NCBI GenBank assembly: GCA_964393205.1
Contig: CAYMSV010000003.1
Span: forward strand, 98,608-162,607
Direction: 5' to 3'
DNA from: an uncultured Pseudomonadales bacterium
GTDB lineage: Bacteria; Patescibacteriota; Microgenomatia; UBA1400; PJMF01
Length of the DNA: 64,000 bases
Shown here: positions 35,507 to 45,425 of the stretch, piece after piece
Layout: every line of letters begins with the position of its first letter
Numbering within the stretch: the first letter of the stretch is position 1
Notes under the pieces: model-generated
What the model saw: the letters and a program-made list of their open reading frames with translations, nothing else
Databases searched by the model: none
Told to the model about the DNA's origin: nothing
Translations under genes and position numbers: made by a program

Positions 35507-37195
35507 ATGAAGAAATGGCAGTTGCAATCTGATTTATTGGTAAAAGATAAAAAACAACTATCAGCGGTCTTATTAAAAAATCGAGGCATTGATCTTAATT
35601 TAGCCGATAAATTTTTTGATCCGACACGTCCAAAAAAATGGCAATTAAAAAACTTAGATTTTAGTCGTTCTGATTTTAATAAAATAAAAAAACGCCTTGA
35701 TTTGGCTAAAAAAGAAAAAGAAACAGTTTATATTTTTGGTGATTATGATAGTGACGGAGTGTGCGCGAGCGCTATTTTATGGGAGGGCTTGAAATTTTTA
35801 GGTATTAATAGTTTACCCTTTATTCCCAATCGACAAAAGCATGGCTATGGCTTATCTATTAAGGCATTAAAAGACTTATTTAAGCAAAAAGGTAAACCCG
35901 ATTTATTAATAACTGTTGATAACGGCATTGTTGCCCTACCAGCTCTAAAGTTTTTAGCTAAAGAAGGAGTGGAAGTAATAGTGACAGATCACCATCAACC
36001 TGATCAAGAAGAATTGCCAGTTTTAGCTGTTTTTCACTCAACAAGAGTTTGTGGTGCGGCAGTAGCTTGGTTTTTAGTTAAAGAATTATTTAAAACAGTC
36101 GAAGATCAATTAAAAGCCGATAAGAAATTAAACGATTTTTTATCACTAGCAGCAATTGCCACAGTTACTGACTTAATGGAACTACTAGATATAAATAGAA
36201 GTCTAGTTACTCATGGTCTGCTTGCTTTACAAAAAACCAAACGACCCGGTTTATTAGCTCTTTATCAGCTTAGTCGTTTAAAAAAAGAGGATATTAATAG
36301 CTATCATTTAGGTTATGTGCTTGGACCAAGAATTAATGCCATGGGCAGGTTGGCTGATAGCATGGATGCCTTGCGCTTAATTTGTACAAAAAATAAACTT
36401 CAAGCTAAAAAGTTAGCTGCTCTTTTACAAGAAACTAATATTGAGCGTCAAGATTTGACGAAGGATCTAATTGATCAAGCAGAATCATCTTTAAGTAGTA
36501 GAGATAAACAACAAAGTATTATTATTATTGATGGAGATTATCATGAGGGTGTGGTTGGCTTGTTAGCTGGTAAATTAGCTGAAAAATATTTAAAACCGAG
36601 CATAGTTTTATCTGTGTCTAGAACTAAGGACAAGAAGTCAATTATTAAAGCCTCGGCACGTTCTTTAGCTGGATTTAATATTACAGAGTTTTTACGTCAA
36701 GTTGAAGATGAGCTACTCAGTGTTGGTGGACACCCTTTAGCTGCTGGTTTTTCTTTGACCTTGGAAAACCTTGCCTCGGTTAAAAAGAGATTATTTGCTT
36801 TAGCAAAAAAACAAGTGACTGAAACGTCTTTAAATCCACAGATTGTTGTTGATTGTCAAATTTCCACTTCCTTAGTTGAATTAGACACAGCTTTGTTTTT
36901 AGAAAATTTTGAACCTCATGGCAATGCTAATCCACAAGCAATTTTTTTATTGAAAGATTTGCTTTTACAAAACATTCAAAGTTTAGGTAATGAATCTCAG
37001 CACGCCAGATTATTTTTTAGAGCACCTAACTCGAATCAAGAAATAATGGTTTTGTCTTGGAGGGCTTTAGAAAAACATGGTCAACTAGACTTGGGTCAAA
37101 ATTTTGATTTATTGATTACAATGTCTGTCAATCGTTGGCGAGGTCACAGTAAACTGCAGACAACCCTAAGAGCTATTAGAAAATCTAGTTTATAG
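35507..37195 (+). CDS. recJ: Single-stranded-DNA-specific exonuclease RecJ
   Basis: DHH motifs 'GDYDSDGV', 'TVDNG', 'VTDHHQP', plus a DHHA1 domain. Confidence 0.9.
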   Translation: MKKWQLQSDLLVKDKKQLSAVLLKNRGIDLNLADKFFDPTRPKKWQLKNLDFSRSDFNKIKKRLDLAKKEKETVYIFGDYDSDGVCASAILWEGLKFLGINSLPFIPNRQKHGYGLSIKALKDLFKQKGKPDLLITVDNGIVALPALKFLAKEGVEVIVTDHHQPDQEELPVLAVFHSTRVCGAAVAWFLVKELFKTVEDQLKADKKLNDFLSLAAIATVTDLMELLDINRSLVTHGLLALQKTKRPGLLALYQLSRLKKEDINSYHLGYVLGPRINAMGRLADSMDALRLICTKNKLQAKKLAALLQETNIERQDLTKDLIDQAESSLSSRDKQQSIIIIDGDYHEGVVGLLAGKLAEKYLKPSIVLSVSRTKDKKSIIKASARSLAGFNITEFLRQVEDELLSVGGHPLAAGFSLTLENLASVKKRLFALAKKQVTETSLNPQIVVDCQISTSLVELDTALFLENFEPHGNANPQAIFLLKDLLLQNIQSLGNESQHARLFFRAPNSNQEIMVLSWRALEKHGQLDLGQNFDLLITMSVNRWRGHSKLQTTLRAIRKSSL

Positions 37196-37990
37196 ATGTT
37201 TCTCTAGCATCACCTCAACTTCTGCTAAAGGAATAGCTCCAGGAACTAATTCTCGACCACCCTTTTTACTAATAATGACCGTGCTGGGTGTGCCACCTAT
37301 GCCAGCACTTGTTGCACCAGCAACCATTTCGTTTACTATAGTAGCTTTTTCTTGATTATTAAGACATTCTTGAACCTGAACTTGTGAAGCTCCGGCATTA
37401 GCAGCCATGGTTAAAATTGTGTCTTCAGTAATAATAGAATTCTCTCCTTCTATTGTAAAAATAGTTTGGTCAGCCATTCTTTCATAAATTTTATCTGTTA
37501 ATTTCCAAAAAGCTTCTTCTCCGGCATATTCAGCAACACATTCGCTTGCCTGAGCTAAAGTATCAGCATGGGCATGAAAAGAAAGAGGGAAGTGGCGATA
37601 AACAAAGGTGATTTGATCGCCATATTTTTCGACTAAACTATTAAAAGTAGGATGCCAGCGGTTACAAAAAGGACATTCGTAATCAGAATAAGTGATCATG
37701 GTTATTTCTGCATTTTTTGAACCCCTATAATGGTCTTTCTCATTAAATGCTGGAACTTCATCTAAACTGAGAGAGTTATCGAAGCTTTCAATGTCTTCAA
37801 GTTCACCGTCTTGTCCATTGGAGCCAATTAAGTTTTTTGATCTAAGTAATTGATTTTCAGTCCACAAAGAACCTCCTAAAAAACCAAGAACAATAACAAT
37901 TAAAAAAACAATAATTAAAATAAAATTATTGTTTATAAACTCAATAAAACTACCTAGTGAAAATTTATTTTGATTTTCTGTTTTTGCCAT
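37190..37990 (-). CDS. DsbA-like thiol:disulfide oxidoreductase, membrane anchored
   Basis: N-terminal TM; thioredoxin-fold 'CPFC' active site. Confidence 0.7.
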   Translation of the reverse strand: MAKTENQNKFSLGSFIEFINNNFILIIVFLIVIVLGFLGGSLWTENQLLRSKNLIGSNGQDGELEDIESFDNSLSLDEVPAFNEKDHYRGSKNAEITMITYSDYECPFCNRWHPTFNSLVEKYGDQITFVYRHFPLSFHAHADTLAQASECVAEYAGEEAFWKLTDKIYERMADQTIFTIEGENSIITEDTILTMAANAGASQVQVQECLNNQEKATIVNEMVAGATSAGIGGTPSTVIISKKGGRELVPGAIPLAEVEVMLEKHL

Positions 37991-38061
37991 TTGGTCCTTC
38001 CTTATTCTATAATAGCGACTATTCTAGCATAGATTATTTAAAAAAGTGTTGAGTAATTTTT

Positions 38062-38868
38062 ATGTCCAATCAATTTAATTCAAAACGTCAGCTATCTGTT
38101 TATGAAAAACAGCAACTGATCAAATATGGTTTAAAAGAAATAAATTTTTTACAAAAAGGTGAAATACCAGTTGAGTACTTTACCAACAAGGTAGATTTTG
38201 TTGATTTAACCCTTAATATTGGTCAAGAGGCATTAATTCCGAGAATAGAAACCGAAGAATTAGTTAAATTAGCGATAGAAGTATTAGCTGATTATGAACA
38301 AGATAATATTAAAATTTTGGATCTAGGTACTGGCTGTGGAGCGATTTCTTTGTCCTTAATGAATTACTTAATTAAGACTAATTATCAAGAAAAAAATTGG
38401 CATTTTTATCTAACTGATGCATCTGCTAACGCTTTAAAGCTTGCTCAAAGAAATTATGATGAACTATTGCTTCATGGCGTTGATAAGAGATCTCTAAAAA
38501 TAAATTTTTTACTTAGTGATTTACTAGATAAAGTTCCTAAAAATTTAAAATTTGATTTGGTTTTAGCTAATTTACCATATATTCCCAGTACAAAAATTGA
38601 GGCTTTAACTACTAGTGTTAAAAATTTTGAACCACTTATGGCTTTGGATGGTGGAAAAACTGGCTTTGATTTAATTGCTAAAGCTTTAAGACAGTTGTTA
38701 ACTGGTGATTTTTTAAATCACAATACAACATTGTTTTTTGAAACTGACGAAAGCCATGATTATCAATTTGTCAAAAAAAACTTTCCTTTTGTATTAGATG
38801 TTTTTGAAACTCTTTTTTTAAAAGACCAATTTGCTCGTCAGCGTTTTTTAAAACTAAGAAAAAAATAG
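38062..38868 (+). CDS. prmC: Release-factor glutamine N5-methyltransferase PrmC/HemK family
   Basis: 'LIPRIETEELV', SAM-binding 'ILDLGTGCGAISL', 'LANLPYIP' (NPPY-type), 'ALDGG'. Confidence 0.75.
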   Translation: MSNQFNSKRQLSVYEKQQLIKYGLKEINFLQKGEIPVEYFTNKVDFVDLTLNIGQEALIPRIETEELVKLAIEVLADYEQDNIKILDLGTGCGAISLSLMNYLIKTNYQEKNWHFYLTDASANALKLAQRNYDELLLHGVDKRSLKINFLLSDLLDKVPKNLKFDLVLANLPYIPSTKIEALTTSVKNFEPLMALDGGKTGFDLIAKALRQLLTGDFLNHNTTLFFETDESHDYQFVKKNFPFVLDVFETLFLKDQFARQRFLKLRKK

Positions 38869-38926
38869 CAAGAAGTGGCTTGAAAACAAATAAAATTAGG
38901 ATTAGAATCAGTTTTACTAAAATATT

Positions 38927-40180
38927 ATGCTGAAGTTTTCAAGGACCTTTTTTACTAAAGTTTTTTTAGCGCTTCTATTTTTATTTTTTTCAATTAGTTT
39001 TTTTAAACAAGCAGTAGGTGCGAATGAAAATGATTTATCGATTCATATTTTTTCATCTAAAGTTTGTCCTCATTGTCGCGAAGCAGAAAATTTTCTTCAA
39101 CAATTAAAACAAGAAAACCCATCTTTAACTATTTATAAATATGAAATCGCTTATCAACAAAATAGCCAGTTATTGGATTTGGTAGCTAGTTCTTTAGAAG
39201 TTAGCGGCCAGGGGGTGCCCTTTACAGTAATTAATAATAAAGCAATTATTGGTTTTTCAGCAAATACTCCAACAGAAATTTATGAGCTTTTAGATTTGAT
39301 AAAAGTTGAAGACGATGTGGTGGTGGAAGCAGCTCGTTCAGAAAATTTAATACCTATTATTAAAGAACTAGAGGAATTAAGCGATGAGCAGGATCCTTTA
39401 AATGATGTTGGTGAAGAAACGACGTTTAGCGAAGAAGAAATCAAATTACCACTTTTTGGCATTGTTAGTTTGAAGGAGGTGTCCTTGCCTGTCTTAACAA
39501 TAATGATTGCCTTTTTAGATGGATTCAATCCTTGTGCAATGTGGGTTTTAGTTTTCTTAATTTCTTTGTTGATGGGCATGGGTAATCGACGTCGGATGTG
39601 GATCTTAGGTTCTACTTTTATTGTAGCTTCAGGTTTTGTTTATTTTTTGTTTATGAGTGCTTGGTTAAATTTCTTTTTATTTTTGGGTTTAGTCAACTGG
39701 ATTAGAATTGCCATTGCTTTTTTAGCTGTTTTTGTAGGTTACACCTACTTAAAAGACTTTATTAAAAACAAAGATGGATCTTGCCAGGTAGAGTTGGGTG
39801 GAAAAAAACAAAAAATTTTTGCCCGTTTAAAAGAAGTGGTATATCGAAAAAGCTTACTTTGGTCACTCTTGGGCATCGTATTACTTGCTTTTAGTGTCAA
39901 TCTTTTGGAATTAGTTTGTTCAGCTGGTTTGCCGGCTGTTTATACCAAGTTTTTAACTATGAGTGATTTAACAACTGCCCAGTATTATTTGTATTTATTT
40001 ATATATATTGTGGTGTTTATGCTTGATGATATGGCAGTGTTTGCCATTACTATGATTACTATGAAACGAGTAGCTTTAGATACAAAATATGCTCGTTACT
40101 CACACTTGATTGGGGGAATTATTATGTTGATTATTGGTTTATTAATGATTTTTAAACCAGAGTGGATAATGTTTGCTTAG
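38927..40180 (+). CDS. Secreted thioredoxin/glutaredoxin-like domain (CPHC) fused to a polytopic CcdA/DsbD-like membrane domain
   Basis: Signal peptide; 'VCPHCREAENFL' redox motif; an acidic linker; a C-terminal roughly six-TM domain with Cys at the start of TM1 ('FNPCAMW') and in a later TM ('LVCSAGLPA'), as in CcdA/DsbD-beta. Confidence 0.45.
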   Translation: MLKFSRTFFTKVFLALLFLFFSISFFKQAVGANENDLSIHIFSSKVCPHCREAENFLQQLKQENPSLTIYKYEIAYQQNSQLLDLVASSLEVSGQGVPFTVINNKAIIGFSANTPTEIYELLDLIKVEDDVVVEAARSENLIPIIKELEELSDEQDPLNDVGEETTFSEEEIKLPLFGIVSLKEVSLPVLTIMIAFLDGFNPCAMWVLVFLISLLMGMGNRRRMWILGSTFIVASGFVYFLFMSAWLNFFLFLGLVNWIRIAIAFLAVFVGYTYLKDFIKNKDGSCQVELGGKKQKIFARLKEVVYRKSLLWSLLGIVLLAFSVNLLELVCSAGLPAVYTKFLTMSDLTTAQYYLYLFIYIVVFMLDDMAVFAITMITMKRVALDTKYARYSHLIGGIIMLIIGLLMIFKPEWIMFA

Positions 40181-40274
40181 TTTATCCTTTTTTGATGTTT
40201 TTGTATTATATCATTTTCAATTTTTTAAAAAAAGCTTGTTTTTACAAGTATTTTTGATTATGATACCTTTAATT

Positions 40275-40306
40275 AAAGTCTCCAAAAAGACTTTGTGTTT
40301 TTGTTT
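40275..40306 (+). promoter_or_regulatory. Perfect 7-bp hairpin plus T-tract in the pflB 5' region (terminator/attenuator-like)
   Basis: AAAGTCT-CCAAAA-AGACTTT followed by GTGTTTTTGTTT, ending 24 nt before the pflB ATG. Confidence 0.3.
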
Positions 40307-40329
40307 AAAAATAAATCAAAGGAAATAAT

Positions 40330-42552
40330 ATGTCTCAGACATTTAAAAAAGGTAATTGGCAAAAGAAAATTGATACTAGAGATTTTATTTTACAAAACAT
40401 AACTCCCTATGATGGTGATGCGTCCTTTCTTAAAGGTCCAAGTGTTAGCACTAAAAAGCTTTGGAAAAAAGCTCGTCAACTTTTGGATGAAGAATTAGCT
40501 AAAGGTGGTATTTTAGATATTGATACTGAAACTATTTCTACTATCACTAGTCATGATCCCGGATATTTAGATAAAGAATTAGAAAAAATTGTCGGTACTC
40601 AAACTGATCAACCTTTAAAAAGAGGAATTAAACCTTTTGGAGGAATTCGAGTTGTTGAAGCGGCAGCAGAAGAAAACTCTTATAAGGTTTCCAAAGAGGT
40701 AGTGAGAATCTTTGACGAATATCGAAAGAGTCATAATGATGGTGTTTTTGATGTTTATACTGATGAAATGAAACTGCTTCGCTCTACTGGAATTTTAACT
40801 GGTTTGCCAGATAATTATGCGCGTGGTCGAATTATTGGAGATTATCGAAGAGTTGCTCTTTACGGTATTGATCGTTTGATTGAGGCTAAAGAGGCTGATA
40901 AAAAAGAATTAGTGGGAGTAATGACTGATGAATTAATTCGTTTAAGAGAGGAAGTTAGTGAGCAAATTAAGGCTCTTAAAGCCATGAAAATAATGGCTAA
41001 AAGTTATGGTTATGATATTTCTAAGCCTGCCAACACAGCTCAAGAAGCCATTCAATGGACTTGGTTTGCTTTTCTTGCAGCACTTAAAGAGCAAGATGGT
41101 GCAGCTATGAGTTTGGGTAATGTCAGTTCATTTTTTGATATTTATTTAGAAAGCGATTTACAAGCTGGGAAGATTACTGAAGAAGAAGCACAAGAACTGG
41201 TTGATCATTTTATTATTCAATGTCGCTTAATTCGTCATTTACGCATGGATGCTTATAATCAACTTTTTGCAGGTGATCCAACTTGGACCACTGAATGTTT
41301 GGGAGGGTTTTTTGCTAATGGTCAGCACAAAATTACCAAAACTAGTTTTAGATTTTTACAGAGTTTATATAATTTGGGACCAGCTCCGGAACCAAACCTG
41401 ACTGTGCTGTGGTCTGATAAACTCCCTGAGGGTTGGAAAAAGTTTTGTGCTCAAGTCTCTGTTGATACTTCCTCTATTCAATATGAAAATGACGATCTAA
41501 TGCGTGCTAAAGGACAATGTGATGATTATTGTATTGCTTGCTGTGTGTCAATGATGGAAACTGGTAAAGAAATGCAGTTTTTTGGCGCTCGCTGCAATTT
41601 AGCTAAGGCAATGTTGATGGCAATTAACGAAGGACGAGATGAAAAAACTGGTCAATTGGTGGTACCAGGTATTGATCCTCTTTCTGAGGGCCCAATTAAA
41701 TACAGCGAGTTTCAAAAACGCTTTAAAAAAACAATGTCATATCTAGCCAAATCCTATGTGAATACCATGAATGTTATTCATTACATGCATGATAAATATT
41801 ATTATGAAAAAGCCCAATTGGCCCTAATGGATACCCATTGTCATCGCAATATGGCTTTTGGTGTGGCCGGTTTAAGCGTAGTGGCCGACTCAATTTCTGC
41901 TATTAAATTTGCCAAGGTGACGGCCATCCGTAATAGCGATGGTCTCACTAAAGATTTTAAAGTAGAGGGTGACTATCCAATGTTTGGTAATGATGATGAT
42001 CGAGTAGATGAAATGGCTGTTGATTTGGTCAAGCGCTTTAACACCGAGTTAGCGAAAAATCATATTTATCGAGACGCAACTGCAACCTTATCAGTATTGA
42101 CTATTACTTCTAATGTAGTTTATGGTACAAAAACTGGAGCAACTCCAGACGGAAGAAAAGCTGGAGAAGCTTTTGCTCCAGGTGCTAACCCTATGCATGG
42201 ACGCGATCATTCAGGAGCAATTGCTTCACTTAATAGTGTGGCCAAAATTAATTATGCCGATGCTCGAGACGGCATTTCTAATACTTTTTCAATTGTACCT
42301 AAAGCTCTTGGTAGTGATAGAAAAGAACAGATTGATAATTTAGCAGGCATGTTAGATGGTTACTTTAAAAAAGACGCCCATCATCTCAACGTTAATGTTT
42401 TGAATCAGGAAACTTTGGAAGATGCAATGGAGCATCCAGAGAAATATCCGCAATTGACAATTCGTGTTTCAGGCTATGCAGTTAATTTTATTAAATTAAC
42501 TAGAGCCCTTCAAGAAGAGGTGATTGCTCGTACTTTTCATAAGACAATGTAA
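40330..42552 (+). CDS. pflB: Pyruvate formate-lyase (formate C-acetyltransferase), glycyl-radical enzyme
   Basis: C-terminal glycyl-radical motif 'RVSGYAVNF' and an adjacent active-site Cys pair '[10 protein letters not shown]'; 740 aa. Confidence 0.9.
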   Translation: MSQTFKKGNWQKKIDTRDFILQNITPYDGDASFLKGPSVSTKKLWKKARQLLDEELAKGGILDIDTETISTITSHDPGYLDKELEKIVGTQTDQPLKRGIKPFGGIRVVEAAAEENSYKVSKEVVRIFDEYRKSHNDGVFDVYTDEMKLLRSTGILTGLPDNYARGRIIGDYRRVALYGIDRLIEAKEADKKELVGVMTDELIRLREEVSEQIKALKAMKIMAKSYGYDISKPANTAQEAIQWTWFAFLAALKEQDGAAMSLGNVSSFFDIYLESDLQAGKITEEEAQELVDHFIIQCRLIRHLRMDAYNQLFAGDPTWTTECLGGFFANGQHKITKTSFRFLQSLYNLGPAPEPNLTVLWSDKLPEGWKKFCAQVSVDTSSIQYENDDLMRAKGQCDDYCIACCVSMMETGKEMQFFGARCNLAKAMLMAINEGRDEKTGQLVVPGIDPLSEGPIKYSEFQKRFKKTMSYLAKSYVNTMNVIHYMHDKYYYEKAQLALMDTHCHRNMAFGVAGLSVVADSISAIKFAKVTAIRNSDGLTKDFKVEGDYPMFGNDDDRVDEMAVDLVKRFNTELAKNHIYRDATATLSVLTITSNVVYGTKTGATPDGRKAGEAFAPGANPMHGRDHSGAIASLNSVAKINYADARDGISNTFSIVPKALGSDRKEQIDNLAGMLDGYFKKDAHHLNVNVLNQETLEDAMEHPEKYPQLTIRVSGYAVNFIKLTRALQEEVIARTFHKTM

Positions 42553-42553
42553 G

Positions 42554-43306
42554 ATGAGCAAAACTTTAAAAATTCATTCCATTGAAACTTTTGGAGTTCA
42601 TGATGGGCCAGGAATTCGCCTGGTGCTTTTTGCTCAGGGCTGTCCTTTCCGTTGTCTTTATTGTCATAATCCCGACACCCAAGATTTAGAGACTGATAAA
42701 ACTGAAACAAAGACGATAAGAGAAATTATTAAGCTTTTAGAACGAGAAAAACCCTATTTTGGCGAAAATGGTACTAGAGGTGGTTTAACAGTTTCGGGCG
42801 GAGAACCCACCCTACAAGCCAAGGCAGTCTTAGCTCTATTTAAAGAAGCTAAAGCAGAAGGTTTTCATACCTGTCTTGATACTTGTGGGGCAATTGTTAG
42901 TAAAGATGTAGAAGATCTATATCGTTTTACAGACTTGCTATTACTTGATGTTAAACATATTGATGATGTTTGGCATCGTAAACTAGTTGGTCAAAGTAAT
43001 TTTAATGTTTTAGCAAATGCTAAAATTAGGGAAAAAAGTGGTCGAGAAATGTGGTTGCGCTATGTTTTAGTTCCTGGTTGGACAGATCAAGAAGAGCATT
43101 TGACAGCTTGGGCCAAATATTTTGCTCATTTTAAAACTGTCACAAGAGTAGAAATTTTACCATATCACGAATTAGGTAAACATAAATATCAAGAATTGGG
43201 TCGAGATTATCAATTAAAAGAAGTAAAACCTCCAAGCAAAGAGGAAATACAAATAGCCAAAGATATCTTTAGCAAATATCTAGGTGATAGAGTTGTAGTT
43301 AGCTAA
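42554..43306 (+). CDS. pflA: Pyruvate formate-lyase activating enzyme (radical SAM)
   Basis: 'CPFRCLYCHNPDT' CX3CX2C cluster, 'GGEPTLQ'. Start taken at the internal Met (MSKTLK) overlapping the pflB stop. Confidence 0.9.
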   Translation: MSKTLKIHSIETFGVHDGPGIRLVLFAQGCPFRCLYCHNPDTQDLETDKTETKTIREIIKLLEREKPYFGENGTRGGLTVSGGEPTLQAKAVLALFKEAKAEGFHTCLDTCGAIVSKDVEDLYRFTDLLLLDVKHIDDVWHRKLVGQSNFNVLANAKIREKSGREMWLRYVLVPGWTDQEEHLTAWAKYFAHFKTVTRVEILPYHELGKHKYQELGRDYQLKEVKPPSKEEIQIAKDIFSKYLGDRVVVS

Positions 43307-43320
43307 AATAGAAAGTAGTT

Positions 43321-45408
43321 ATGAATTTTTCAGCTTTATTTAAACCAAAGGCAATAGCCATTATTGGTGCTTCTAGTCGTGAGAAAACTGTGGGTAATGA
43401 TGTGGTTAAAAACTTGGTTACTCAGGGTTTTGCTGGTCAAATTTACCCCATTAATCCAAAAATTGATGAGCTGTATGGTTTAAAAGTTTATCATGATATT
43501 AAAGATTTAGATAAAAAAATAGATTTGGTGGTGGTAGCGATTCCAGCTAAATTTGTCGCTTCAGCCATTGAAGAAGCGGCTAAAAAAGGAGCTCGGGCTG
43601 CTATAGTTATTTCGGCTGGTTTTAAAGAAGCTGGTAATTTAGAGTTAGAGCAAGAATTAGCTCGGGTTTGTCAACGCAATGATGTAATTTTGGTTGGTCC
43701 TAATTGTTTAGGAGTTATTAATGCTGAGCATAAAATGAACGCCTCTTTTGCGGCGGTAATGCCAGAGGTCGGTGATATTGCTTTTATGTCTCAAAGTGGA
43801 GCACTGTGTACAGCTGTTTTAGACTACGCAAAAGAATTAGGTTTGGGTTTTTCTAAATTTATTAGTATTGGCAATAAAGCCTCTCTTGATGAATTAGCTC
43901 TAATCAAATATTTGCATCAAGACCCACAAACTAAAGTTATTTGTTTATACGCAGAAGCCCTTGATGATGCCCAGGCGATTATTCAAAGCTTAAAGGAATT
44001 AAACAGAGGTGGTCAACCTAAGCCAGTAATAGTTCTTAAGTCTGGTAAAACAGAGGCTGGAGCGGGAGCAATTGCCTCTCACACTGGTTCTTTAAGTGGT
44101 GGAGACAATGCCTATCAAGCCCTTTTTGAGCAAGCTGGAATTATTCGAGCTAATTCAATCAGTGAGTTGTTTGATTTAGCTGCAGTTTTTAGTAACAATC
44201 CTCTTAAAGAAATTAAAAATGTAACCATTATTACCAATGCAGGAGGACCCGGTGTTTTGACTACTGACGCAGTAGTAGAGAGTGGTTTAAGCATGGCTAA
44301 GCTAGAAAGTAAAACCATCAAAAAATTAGAAGAATTTTTACCAGCAGCAGCTAACACTCACAATCCAGTTGATGTTTTGGGTGACGCGGTTGGAGAAGTT
44401 TATGAAAAGACCTTGCAAGTAATTGGTCAAGATGAAAATACTGATGCTATTTTGGTTCTTTTAACTCCCCAAACCATGACGGAACCTCTCAAAACCGCCC
44501 AAGCAGTAATTGATTTAAGAAAAAAAATTAAGAAACCAATTGTGGTGTCATTGATGGGTCGTGATTCAGTGGAAGCTGGAGTTGAATTGTTAAGAAAAAA
44601 TAATATTGCTAGTACTACTTTTCCAGAATCAGCAGCTTTTAGTCTAGGAGCTTTAGCTAAATTTGCGAAATGGACTAAGGCAAAAGAAGAAGAAACCCTA
44701 GCATATAGTGATGTTAACAAAGAAGCAGTAAAAAATATTTTTCAAAAAGCTAAAGCTAAAGGACAAACTAGTTTCCCAGAATCTGAGGCAATGGAAATTC
44801 TAAAAGCTTATAATTTTCCTTTACTTAAAAGTGCTGTAGCCAAAACAGCTGATGAGGCTGAGAAAATTCTTCAGGAATTTAATTGCGCTGTAGCAATGAA
44901 AATTGTTTCTAAAGATATTTTGCATAAAAGTGATGTTGGTGGGGTAATGTTAGGTGTAACTGCCAAAGATGTCAAAGAAAAATTTAAGCAAATGATTGAG
45001 GTGGTTGGTAAAAACAAACCTCAAGCTAAACTAGATGGGGTTTTGTTGATGGAAATGGCTGGCAAGGGTCATGAGACTATTTTAGGTATTAATAAAAACT
45101 CTTTAGGTAGCATGTTAATGTTTGGTTTAGGGGGAATTTATGTTGAAATTTTTAAAGATGTGACTTTTGCTTTTCCTCCGCTTGGTCAGAATGAAATTAT
45201 TAAAATGATTAATTCTTTAAAATCTAGTAAAATTTTTAAAGGAGTTAGGGGCCAGGAAGCAATTGATCAAAAAAGCTTGATTGAGACCATTGGTCGTTTA
45301 GCTCAGTTAGCCACTGATTTTCCTGAAATTACGGAGTTAGATATTAATCCTTTACTATTAACCCCTCAAGGAGCGAAAGTGCTTGATGCGCGAATAGTGA
45401 TTGAGTAG
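43321..45408 (+). CDS. ADP-forming acetyl-CoA synthetase (acetate--CoA ligase, fused alpha-beta; NDP-forming acyl-CoA synthetase family)
   Basis: N-terminal CoA-binding 'AIAIIGASSREKTVGN', a succinyl-CoA-synthetase-like ligase-CoA domain, and a C-terminal ATP-grasp domain; 695 aa. Confidence 0.85.
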   Translation: MNFSALFKPKAIAIIGASSREKTVGNDVVKNLVTQGFAGQIYPINPKIDELYGLKVYHDIKDLDKKIDLVVVAIPAKFVASAIEEAAKKGARAAIVISAGFKEAGNLELEQELARVCQRNDVILVGPNCLGVINAEHKMNASFAAVMPEVGDIAFMSQSGALCTAVLDYAKELGLGFSKFISIGNKASLDELALIKYLHQDPQTKVICLYAEALDDAQAIIQSLKELNRGGQPKPVIVLKSGKTEAGAGAIASHTGSLSGGDNAYQALFEQAGIIRANSISELFDLAAVFSNNPLKEIKNVTIITNAGGPGVLTTDAVVESGLSMAKLESKTIKKLEEFLPAAANTHNPVDVLGDAVGEVYEKTLQVIGQDENTDAILVLLTPQTMTEPLKTAQAVIDLRKKIKKPIVVSLMGRDSVEAGVELLRKNNIASTTFPESAAFSLGALAKFAKWTKAKEEETLAYSDVNKEAVKNIFQKAKAKGQTSFPESEAMEILKAYNFPLLKSAVAKTADEAEKILQEFNCAVAMKIVSKDILHKSDVGGVMLGVTAKDVKEKFKQMIEVVGKNKPQAKLDGVLLMEMAGKGHETILGINKNSLGSMLMFGLGGIYVEIFKDVTFAFPPLGQNEIIKMINSLKSSKIFKGVRGQEAIDQKSLIETIGRLAQLATDFPEITELDINPLLLTPQGAKVLDARIVIE

Positions 45409-45425
45409 TAAAATATATTTTCTTT

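Noticed and set aside
40240-40275. FNR/CRP-like half site (TTGAT-N4-ATAcC) upstream of pflB
   Set aside because: Only one half matches the TTGAT-N4-ATCAA consensus. In AT-rich DNA such partial matches are expected by chance.
44115-44720. Two minus-strand ORFs (80 and 97 aa) inside the acetyl-CoA synthetase gene
   Set aside because: Antisense to a conserved, continuous ligase-CoA domain; no motifs; spurious.
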